Assembly: GCA_045544255.1 (NCBI GenBank)
Contig: JAZPYP010000074.1
Coordinates: forward strand, 9,411-73,410
Source: Eubacteriales bacterium
GTDB lineage: Bacteria; Bacillota; Clostridia; Oscillospirales; QAKW01
Length of the DNA stretch: 64,000 nucleotides
Direction of reading: 5' to 3'
How positions within the stretch are numbered: position 1 is the stretch's first letter; every line of letters begins with the position of its first letter. This document shows positions 35,795 to 43,681 of the stretch, piece after piece. Below the pieces are notes generated by a model that was given only the letters and a program-made list of their open reading frames with translations, searched no databases and was not told the origin of the DNA. The translations under genes were made by a program, and so were the position numbers.

Positions 35795-35810
35795 CCTGAC
35801 GCACTTTTTT
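35779..35810. terminator. Bidirectional terminator between DUF368 and the GH20 gene
   Basis: AGTGCGTCAGG / CCTGACGCACT stem with the DUF368 stop codon in the loop, then TTTTT. Confidence 0.8.
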
Positions 35811-37647
35811 AATAGTTGATGCAAGCGCTGGAAAATTTCACCCAGCTTGTAAAAAGATCCGGAACTTCAAGAAGCGGTTGCTCTAATTGTTCGATTTTTT
35901 CTCTTTTGCCGCTTAGATATTCTTCAATTGTGCGTTTTGCAGTGGAAAGGCGTTCTTTAAGGCCGCCAATTCGAAGCTCGATAATATCAAAACCAAAAGT
36001 CTTATTATCATAGTACCATTCTTCTCGGGCAGCATCAAGATATTCGCCAAGTGCCGCAAGAGTTTGAGGGATAATGTTTTCGGCAATATCTTTTAAGGTT
36101 GATGAATCTCCTTTGTTATATGCTTCTCTGGTTTCGTAAGAAAGAGTCGCTTTGGTTGAAAGGGTTTTGGCGAGAAGGGAAGCGGTTTTAAAAAGATAAC
36201 CAAACTGATCACTCTTGATTTTTGCGAGTTTTTCCGCCTTTTCAGCATACTCATCGGCATAGCAGGGGCTAACATGGCAATCAAACCAACCGCCCAAAGG
36301 ATCGTTATATAGAAAGGCTTTCGAAGTGGGGATATTTCTTGTTAAAGTATTATAATCGCTAAATTGATTGAGGGAATCCAGCTGCAGGAATTCATCGAAA
36401 GAAACATCGAAGGTTTCGGCAAAACGCGCTTTAACCCAATTATGATCTTCGCCGTTTGCATAGCAATATTCGGCATATTGCTGAAGAGTGGGCAAAATTG
36501 CAAAATTGGAAACCTCGCTTCCGTTATCGCCCCAAGCGGTGGCGATCACCATGGGAAGCTTCTCTTCTTTGCAGATTTTTAGATGCATATCATTCACATG
36601 AAGAGAGTAATAATTTCTCGGCGCATTGCTATCCCATTTCCAAGCGCCGCCTGCAAAATAATAAGGGTTGTTAAATTGCTTATGGCAATGGATCATATGG
36701 CGGAAGGTTTGCTCATCTTCGGGCAGAGTATAATAATTCCAATATATAAGAGTAATCTCGGGCGGAACTTCGTCAATAACGCGCTGGGGAATTTCCCCTT
36801 TGGATACGCGATATTCGCCAAAGGTTGCCCGAAAGAACATATCGCTCCAAATCATCGGCTGATACTCATATTTTTTACAGATCTCAACAACACGCTTTAG
36901 ATGGTCTAAAACAATGTCGTGGCGATGGCGATGGCCGTTTTTAATCAAATATTGGCCTGCGCCGAGGGTCCATGCTTCATCCATTCCCAAATTGATGCGA
37001 TTGGAGCGAAAAGAGGCTTTGCAACTTTTAAGCATGCAGTCGATTAAATGATAGGTTTTTTCTTCTCCAACAAGCAGAATATTATCGATATCTTTAATCT
37101 CGCTGAAGGAATTCCATCTTAATGCTCCCTCAAGATGCGCAAGAACCTGAATGCAGGGGATTACTTCGATTCCAAAGGAATAGGCGTAATCATCAATTTC
37201 TTTAAGTTCCTCTTGAGAAAATCTTCCGCGCAGATAACCAAAGAGCGGATATTCAGGGATTTCATAAGTATCTTCGGTATAGAGCATCATGGAAGTAAAG
37301 CCCATCATGGCAAGGTAACGAATCATTCTTTTGGCAGAAGGAAGATTAAAAACTGCATTACGGGAGCATTCTGCCATTAAGCAAAGATCATCATGGGCGG
37401 GAGTTTCTTCATAATTGCCAATAGATTCCAATTTATTCGGAAGCATGGTGAGAAGGCGGAAAAACTCCGGAATTTTATGGAATTCCAAGGTTCCCTTATT
37501 TTTCTCAATGGTAAGTTTAGGGCCAATATTATTTTCTTTAACCTCAATGGGAAAGCCTTCTTGAGAGATTTTAAAGCGAAGATAGGGGAGAATCTCTTTA
37601 AGCGGCTTTTCCAATTTCTGGGGCAAATTTAAAAGATGAATTTCCAT
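35809..37647 (-). CDS. Glycoside hydrolase family 20 beta-N-acetylhexosaminidase-like enzyme
   Basis: TIM-barrel GH20 pattern including the catalytic motif context INLGMDEAW and MLYTEDTYEIP...VIPCIQVLAHLE. Confidence 0.8.
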   Translation of the reverse strand: MEIHLLNLPQKLEKPLKEILPYLRFKISQEGFPIEVKENNIGPKLTIEKNKGTLEFHKIPEFFRLLTMLPNKLESIGNYEETPAHDDLCLMAECSRNAVFNLPSAKRMIRYLAMMGFTSMMLYTEDTYEIPEYPLFGYLRGRFSQEELKEIDDYAYSFGIEVIPCIQVLAHLEGALRWNSFSEIKDIDNILLVGEEKTYHLIDCMLKSCKASFRSNRINLGMDEAWTLGAGQYLIKNGHRHRHDIVLDHLKRVVEICKKYEYQPMIWSDMFFRATFGEYRVSKGEIPQRVIDEVPPEITLIYWNYYTLPEDEQTFRHMIHCHKQFNNPYYFAGGAWKWDSNAPRNYYSLHVNDMHLKICKEEKLPMVIATAWGDNGSEVSNFAILPTLQQYAEYCYANGEDHNWVKARFAETFDVSFDEFLQLDSLNQFSDYNTLTRNIPTSKAFLYNDPLGGWFDCHVSPCYADEYAEKAEKLAKIKSDQFGYLFKTASLLAKTLSTKATLSYETREAYNKGDSSTLKDIAENIIPQTLAALGEYLDAAREEWYYDNKTFGFDIIELRIGGLKERLSTAKRTIEEYLSGKREKIEQLEQPLLEVPDLFTSWVKFSSACINY

Positions 37648-37796
37648 AGTTTAAACCCTCCTTTTTAATGGATTCATTCTAACATTTTTAATACAAAAAA
37701 TCAATTATAACAAAAGCATATATCTGATTTTATAAAAATACTATCTTAAATTACAAAATACCTTTATAATTTAGGTAAGTTTAACTTGCTTTTTCT

Positions 37797-37825
37797 TTGA
37801 AAAAAGTTTAAAATTAATACATTAT
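37797..37825 (+). promoter_or_regulatory. Candidate promoter of the flavoprotein-cmk-ispH unit
   Basis: TTGAAA (37797-37802), 17-nt spacer, CATTAT (37820-37825). Confidence 0.4.
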
Positions 37826-37845
37826 GTGAAAAAGGAAATAAAGCG

Positions 37846-39060
37846 TTGAAAAAAATTTTAGTTATTGGCGGCGGCCCTGCGGGTATGATGGCAGCGGAGG
37901 CTGCGGCGGAGCAGGGTGCTGATGTTATATTAATCGAACAAAACTCGATTCTTGGCCGAAAGCTATTGATCACCGGAAAAGGCCGATGCAATGTTACCAA
38001 TTTTTGCGATGAAAATGAATTGATCAGCCAAGTGGTAACCAATCCCAAATTTTTATATTCTGCCTTTTCTTCCTTTAATGCCTATGATGCTTATGCTTAT
38101 TTTGAAGAAGCGGGGCTGGCGCTGAAGATCGAGCGGGGGAACAGGGTTTTTCCGGAATCGGATCGGGCGGCAGATGTGCGCAATGCGCTTCAAAAGCGGT
38201 TGAAAGAGCGTGGCGTTGCAGTTGTTCAAGATAAAATTCTATCTATTTCTGCAGATCCCCTTTGCGCCAAAGGAGAAAAAAGATATTATGAATGCGATGC
38301 CATGATCATTGCAACCGGTGGGGTTTCATATCCTGCAACCGGATCCACCGGTGATGGCTATAAATTTGCAAAAATGATAGGGCATAAGGTTGCTCCGGCC
38401 ACCCCTTCGCTGGTTCCTTTGATTGGCGAGAAAAACCTTTGCGCTTCTATGGCGGGGCTATCCTTAAAAAATGTGGAACTAACGATTAAAAAGCAAAAGG
38501 TAATTTACCAAGGATTTGGGGAAATGCTTTTCACCCACGAAGGAATTTCCGGTCCCTTGGTGCTTTCCGCTTCTTCTTATTTGAAAGAAAAAGATTTTCC
38601 CTGCACAGCGCTGATCGACCTTAAACCTGCTTTGGATGTTCAAACCCTTGATAAAAGAATTTGCAGGGATTTTGAAGAATATATTAATCGTGATTTTTCT
38701 AATGCATTGGATAAACTTTTGCCCAAAAAAATGATTCCGCAGATCATTTCAATGAGCGTTATTCCGACAGGTGTTAAGGTGCATCAGATCACCAGAGAGC
38801 AAAGGCTTAATTTGGTAAATATTATTAAAGCGTTTCCGATCAAACTATTTAATAAAAGCGGGTTCAATGAAGCGATCATAACTTCAGGAGGAATCGACAT
38901 TCGCGAAGTCGACCCCCGAACAATGGAATCGAAGCTGATAAAAAATCTATATTTTGCCGGCGAGGTGCTTGATGTTGATGCCCTGACCGGTGGTTATAAT
39001 TTGCAGATTGCTTATTCTACCGGTCGCTTGGCCGGCAGGAATGCAGCGAAGGAGGATTAA
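37846..39060 (+). CDS. HI0933/BaiN-family NAD(P)/FAD-dependent oxidoreductase, TTG start
   Basis: Dinucleotide fold KKILVIGGGPAGMMAA, GKGRCNVTN, and C-terminal LYFAGEVLDVDALTGGYNLQIAYSTG. Confidence 0.85.
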   Translation: MKKILVIGGGPAGMMAAEAAAEQGADVILIEQNSILGRKLLITGKGRCNVTNFCDENELISQVVTNPKFLYSAFSSFNAYDAYAYFEEAGLALKIERGNRVFPESDRAADVRNALQKRLKERGVAVVQDKILSISADPLCAKGEKRYYECDAMIIATGGVSYPATGSTGDGYKFAKMIGHKVAPATPSLVPLIGEKNLCASMAGLSLKNVELTIKKQKVIYQGFGEMLFTHEGISGPLVLSASSYLKEKDFPCTALIDLKPALDVQTLDKRICRDFEEYINRDFSNALDKLLPKKMIPQIISMSVIPTGVKVHQITREQRLNLVNIIKAFPIKLFNKSGFNEAIITSGGIDIREVDPRTMESKLIKNLYFAGEVLDVDALTGGYNLQIAYSTGRLAGRNAAKED

Positions 39061-39061
39061 A

Positions 39062-39733
39062 ATGAGTATTAATATTGCAATTGATGGTCCGAGCGGTGCA
39101 GGAAAGAGCACCCTTTCGAGAAAATTGGCAGAGAAACTGAAATTCATCTATGTGGATACCGGTGCTCTTTATCGCACCGTTGGTTTATATATGCTTCAAA
39201 ACGGGATTGATCCCAAAGATGCAGTATCGGTTGAAGAAGCGCTTCCCGATGTTGGGGTTGAGATTCGCTTTATCAGCGGGGAGCAGCATGTTTTTTTGAA
39301 TGGTGTTGATGTTTCTAAAGAGATCCGCATTCATGAAGTGAGTAATTATGCTTCTTTGGTCAGCGCCATTCCCGCAGTGCGTAAGTTTCTTTTTGAAACC
39401 CAGCAAAAAATGGCGGCAGAATATGATGTTATTATGGATGGGCGAGATATCGGAACCGTTGTGTTACCGAATGCTGATGTTAAAATCTTTTTAACAGCCT
39501 CCGCCGAAGTGCGCGCAGAGCGGCGATATAAAGAATTGCTGGAGAGAGGGCAAGAAGTATCCTATGATCAGGTTCTTGCAGATGTAAATGCCCGAGATGA
39601 GCAGGATACAAATAGACCTATTGCTCCCTTGAAGCCGGCAGAAGATGGTGTCATTGTTGATACTTCTGAATGCACTTTTGATGAATCTCTGGCGCTTCTT
39701 TATAAAACAGTTGTTGAAAGGCTTAATCGCTAA
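39062..39733 (+). CDS. cmk: Cytidylate kinase
   Basis: IAIDGPSGAGKSTLSRKLA P-loop and YVDTGALYR. Confidence 0.95.
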   Translation: MSINIAIDGPSGAGKSTLSRKLAEKLKFIYVDTGALYRTVGLYMLQNGIDPKDAVSVEEALPDVGVEIRFISGEQHVFLNGVDVSKEIRIHEVSNYASLVSAIPAVRKFLFETQQKMAAEYDVIMDGRDIGTVVLPNADVKIFLTASAEVRAERRYKELLERGQEVSYDQVLADVNARDEQDTNRPIAPLKPAEDGVIVDTSECTFDESLALLYKTVVERLNR

Positions 39734-41733
39734 TGAAGATTTCAGTTATTGAACATGCGGGATTTTGCTTTGGAGTATCCAGAGCAGTTGAATTGTTGGA
39801 AAAAGAAATATCGAAAAATCATTTTCCGCTTTATACGATCGGGCCCATTATTCATAATCCGCAAATCATCGCAGATATGGAAAAGAAAGGGGTTCAAATT
39901 GCTTCCGGTGTTGAAGAGATTCCAAAAGATGCCTACGCAGTAATTCGAGCGCATGGTATTCCAAAGGAAGATCTTGCGCTGCTTGAGGAGCGCGGTGTTG
40001 CTTTTGTGAATGCAACCTGCCCTTTTGTTGAAAAGATCCAAAAGATTGTGGCCGATGAGAATGAAAATGTGATTTTGATCGGTGGAAATCCTGACCATCC
40101 TGAAGTGCGCGGTATCAAAAGTTATGGAAATGAACGCACATTTGTGTTCAGAAACTGCGATGAACTTCAAAAAATCGGCAATTCGGTGAAAGAATTTTCG
40201 TCAAAATACATAGTAGTTGTATGGCAAACGACATTTAATTTAACCGAATTTGAAAAATGTTCAACTTTTTTGAAAAAAGAGTTTGAAAATTTGAAACTTT
40301 ATGATACAATATGTAAAGCAACTCAAATCAGGCAGCAGGAAACCGCTGCTTTAGCCGCCCAATGCGATGCAATGATCATTGTTGGCGGAAAGGAGAGCTC
40401 TAATACTGCGAAGCTTCATTCTATTGCTTCGGCGGTATGTCCCTGCACGGTTTTAATCGAGCAGTCAAATGAGGTACCAATAAATTTATTATATAAAGAG
40501 AGGATTGGTATTGCAGGCGGGGCTTCCACCCCCGTTTGTATCATCGAGGAGGTAAAACGTATTATGTCGGAACAAAATGTCAACTTGGTCGAGGAAGAAA
40601 TGACCTTTGAGCAGATGCTCGAGAATTCCTTAAAAGTAATCAATAATGGAGATAGGGTAAAGGGCATCGTTGTCGGATTCAACGCTTCTGAAGTCAATGT
40701 TGATCTTGGAACTAAATATTCCGGATTCATTACCAGAGATAATTTCTCTAATGATCCTAATGTAGATCTGACCACTGCTGTGGCTATCGGCGATGAAATC
40801 GAGTGCATTGCTTTGCGCGTGAATGATGTTGAGGGTACTGTTGCGCTTTCTAAAAAGAAGGTTGATGCTATGGCAGGCTTCGAGAAGCTTGAGCAGGCTT
40901 GCGAAGAAAAAGCAACTTTGACCGGTAAGGTTACTGAAGTAACCAATGGCGGTTTGACTGTTATGATCGAGGGCGTTCGCGTGTTCGTTCCCAAGTCTTT
41001 GTCCGGTAAGCCCCGCAACTTTGATTTTGATACCATGATGAATGAAGAGATCGAGCTGCAGATCACCGAGATCTCTACCATTCGCGGCCGTAAGAAAGTG
41101 ATCGGCTCTATGCGTGCTCTTGAAAATGAAAAGCGCAAGGCTGCTCGCAAGGAATTTTGGGATAATGCTGCAGTTGGCAATCGCTATAATGGTATTGTTA
41201 AGTCCCTGACCACTTTTGGTGCATTTGTTGACCTTGGTGGTGTTGATGGTCTTTTGCATATCACCGAAATGTCTTGGAATAAGATTAAGCATCCCAGCGA
41301 TGTGATGCAGGTTGGCGATATCGTTGATGTATACATTAAGGCTATTGATGAAGAAAAGAAGAAGATCTCCTTGGGCCATAAGAAAGCCGAGGATAATCCC
41401 TTTGTTCTCTTCACTAATCAGTTCAGCGTTGGTGATGTTACCACTGTTAAGATCATGAACCTGATGCCTTTTGGCGCCTTCGCTCGCATTATTGATGGTG
41501 TTGATGGCTTGATCCATATTTCCCAGATCAGCACTCGCCATATCAATAAGCCCGCTGATGTTCTCAATGTCGGCGATGAGGTTGAGGTTAAGATTGTTGA
41601 TATCAACGAAGAAACCCAGAAGGTTGGCCTTTCCATTCGCGCTCTGCTGAATGAAGAGGAAGAGGCTGAAGCTGCTGCTCCCGTTGAAGTTGCTGCAGAT
41701 GATGCTGCTCCTGCTGAGGAAGCCGCTGAATAA
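39733..41733 (+). CDS. ispH: Bifunctional 4-hydroxy-3-methylbut-2-enyl diphosphate reductase (IspH/LytB) fused to ribosomal protein S1 repeats
   Basis: The N-terminal ~280 aa are LytB-like (GFCFGVSRAV, ATCPFVEKIQ, IIVGGKESSNTAKL). The C-terminal part has four S1 OB-fold repeats (e.g. GIVKSLTTFGAFVDLGGVDGLLHITEMS). Confidence 0.92.
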   Translation: MKISVIEHAGFCFGVSRAVELLEKEISKNHFPLYTIGPIIHNPQIIADMEKKGVQIASGVEEIPKDAYAVIRAHGIPKEDLALLEERGVAFVNATCPFVEKIQKIVADENENVILIGGNPDHPEVRGIKSYGNERTFVFRNCDELQKIGNSVKEFSSKYIVVVWQTTFNLTEFEKCSTFLKKEFENLKLYDTICKATQIRQQETAALAAQCDAMIIVGGKESSNTAKLHSIASAVCPCTVLIEQSNEVPINLLYKERIGIAGGASTPVCIIEEVKRIMSEQNVNLVEEEMTFEQMLENSLKVINNGDRVKGIVVGFNASEVNVDLGTKYSGFITRDNFSNDPNVDLTTAVAIGDEIECIALRVNDVEGTVALSKKKVDAMAGFEKLEQACEEKATLTGKVTEVTNGGLTVMIEGVRVFVPKSLSGKPRNFDFDTMMNEEIELQITEISTIRGRKKVIGSMRALENEKRKAARKEFWDNAAVGNRYNGIVKSLTTFGAFVDLGGVDGLLHITEMSWNKIKHPSDVMQVGDIVDVYIKAIDEEKKKISLGHKKAEDNPFVLFTNQFSVGDVTTVKIMNLMPFGAFARIIDGVDGLIHISQISTRHINKPADVLNVGDEVEVKIVDINEETQKVGLSIRALLNEEEEAEAAAPVEVAADDAAPAEEAAE

Positions 41734-41745
41734 TTTTTCAATTTC

Positions 41746-41786
41746 AAATGCAGCATGGATTTTCCATGCTGCATTTTTATTTTTTT
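41746..41786 (+). terminator. Intrinsic terminator after ispH-rpsA
   Basis: AAATGCAGCATGGA / TCCATGCTGCATTT stem followed by TTATTTTTTT. Confidence 0.85.
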
Positions 41787-41787
41787 A

Positions 41788-41816
41788 TAGACAAGGTGCT
41801 AAAAATATGTTATAAT
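41788..41816 (+). promoter_or_regulatory. Candidate miaB promoter with extended -10
   Basis: TAGACA (41788-41793), 17-nt spacer ending in TGT, TATAAT (41811-41816). Confidence 0.6.
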
Positions 41817-41844
41817 TATTTGAAATAATTTGGAGCGAATATTT

Positions 41845-43251
41845 ATGACAAAAACGAGTAATATCAATCATAACGAAGCGGAAAGAAAAGCCGCTTCTGC
41901 ATATATAGCAGGTCTTATGGCTACCCGCGCTGCAAAACCCCTTGCTTGCGTTAGAACTTATGGCTGCCAGCAAAATGTGGCAGATAGTGAGCGCATCAAA
42001 GGGCAACTCCAAGAAATGGGCTATGGGTTCACTGATGATACAGCAAAGGCAGATTTAATTTTGTTTAATACCTGCGCTGTGCGAGAACATGCGGAGCTCA
42101 AAGTTTATGGAAATGTGGGCGCTTTGAAGCATCTTAAGGAGGCAAACCCCTCTCTGATGATTATTTTATGCGGATGCATGATGCAGCAGGAAAGTGTGCA
42201 GCAGCAAATTCGCAGGAAGTATAAGCATGTTGATATAGTATTTGGCCCCTCCATGATTGCTCAACTGCCTCAAATGATGGAGCAAGCTTTTAGAAAGAAG
42301 GAGAAGATCTTTACCCGCATGGAGCTTCCTTCCATTGCAGAAGATATTCCTGTTTATCGGGATGATTCTCATAAAGCATGGGTTTCGGTAATGACCGGTT
42401 GCAATAATTTCTGCACTTATTGCATTGTTCCTTATGTGCGCGGGAGAGAGCGCAGCCGCAGAAGCGCAGAAATTTTGAAAGAAATCCGCCGGTTGGTTTC
42501 TGAAGGATATCGCGATATTAATCTTTTGGGCCAAAATGTTAATTCTTATGGCAAAGATCTTGAAGGGGAGATGGATTTTGCGGATCTCCTTTGCGCTATC
42601 AATGAAATCGATGGGGATTTTTGGATTCGGTTCACAACCAGCCACCCAAAGGATTGCAGCAAAAAGCTTTTAGATGCCATGGCGCAATGCAGCAAGGTAT
42701 GCAATCAGCTTCAGTTGCCCTTTCAATCGGGAAGCAATCGTATTCTTCGGGAGATGAACCGGAATTATACAGCGGAATCCTATTATGATTTGATTGCATA
42801 TGCCCGCAAAGTTATGCCAAATGTTGTAATAACAAGCGACGTGATTGTTGGCTTTCCCGGGGAAACAGAAGAGGATTTTCAAGATACACTAAATCTTATC
42901 GAAAAGGTTCAATATGATAATCTTTATACCTTTTTGTATTCTCGCAGAAGCGGAACCAAGGCGGCGATTGCAGAAAATCAAATCGAAGAAAGCGTAAAAA
43001 AAGAGCGTTTTCAGCGCCTTTTAGCGCTTCAGCATCCAATCTGTCTTGAAAAGAATAAAGAGATGGAAGGGAAGGATTATCGGGTTTATGTGGAATCGAT
43101 CAGCAAAAATGATCCTCTTATGCTTTCGGGAAAAACCGAAGGCGGGAAAACAGTTGATTTTAAAGGGGATGCATCATTGATCGGGCAATTTTGCACTATA
43201 ACAGTTACCAAAGCAAAAACTTGGTCGCTGGACGGAAAAATAAAGGAGTAA
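41845..43251 (+). CDS. miaB: tRNA-2-methylthio-N6-dimethylallyladenosine synthase MiaB
   Basis: YGCQQNVADSE N-domain, radical SAM CNNFCTYCIVPYVRG, and a C-terminal TRAM domain. Confidence 0.92.
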   Translation: MTKTSNINHNEAERKAASAYIAGLMATRAAKPLACVRTYGCQQNVADSERIKGQLQEMGYGFTDDTAKADLILFNTCAVREHAELKVYGNVGALKHLKEANPSLMIILCGCMMQQESVQQQIRRKYKHVDIVFGPSMIAQLPQMMEQAFRKKEKIFTRMELPSIAEDIPVYRDDSHKAWVSVMTGCNNFCTYCIVPYVRGRERSRRSAEILKEIRRLVSEGYRDINLLGQNVNSYGKDLEGEMDFADLLCAINEIDGDFWIRFTTSHPKDCSKKLLDAMAQCSKVCNQLQLPFQSGSNRILREMNRNYTAESYYDLIAYARKVMPNVVITSDVIVGFPGETEEDFQDTLNLIEKVQYDNLYTFLYSRRSGTKAAIAENQIEESVKKERFQRLLALQHPICLEKNKEMEGKDYRVYVESISKNDPLMLSGKTEGGKTVDFKGDASLIGQFCTITVTKAKTWSLDGKIKE

Positions 43252-43256
43252 GAAAG

Positions 43257-43646
43257 ATGACTGAAATTATTGAGAAAACCAAAGAACTTGGCAAATTAAT
43301 TCAAGAAAGCGAGCAGGTGAAGAACTTTCATCTTACCAAAGCCGCTTATGATAATGATGAGGAGATTCAACGCCTTATCCAAGAATTCAATCTGCATAAA
43401 ATGTCGATGACCACTTTAACACAAGGGGATAATCAGGATCAAGAGCGGATCAAAGAAGTGGAAGAGCGAATTAAAGCTGTTTATGAGAAGATCATGGCAA
43501 GCGATAAGATGCAGCAATATCAGGCTGCAAGCAAAGCGGTGCAGGAACTTTTGAATCAGGTGAATGCAGTGATTGGCTATTATGTTACCGGTGAGGAGCC
43601 CAGTGATTGCACTCACGATTGCTCGACTTGCGGTGGTTGCCACTAA
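43257..43646 (+). CDS. YlbF/YmcA-like helical regulator with C-terminal Cys cluster
   Basis: Helical pattern TKELGKLIQESEQVKNF...IQRLIQEFN typical of the YlbF/YmcA (Com_YlbF) family. C-terminus CTHDCSTCGGCH. Confidence 0.65.
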   Translation: MTEIIEKTKELGKLIQESEQVKNFHLTKAAYDNDEEIQRLIQEFNLHKMSMTTLTQGDNQDQERIKEVEERIKAVYEKIMASDKMQQYQAASKAVQELLNQVNAVIGYYVTGEEPSDCTHDCSTCGGCH

Positions 43647-43681
43647 TTTTGGCTTTAGAAAGCCATAGGGGAGGATAGGAA

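Noticed and set aside
40416-41541. Long antisense ORFs (254 aa and 303 aa) opposite ispH-rpsA.
   Set aside because: These are shadow ORFs inside a strongly supported gene, with repetitive low-complexity translations and no start context. The same reasoning applies to 25167-25850 (opposite livJ), 55854-56970 (opposite pyrH/frr), 31575-32168, 45080-45736 and 52767-53351.
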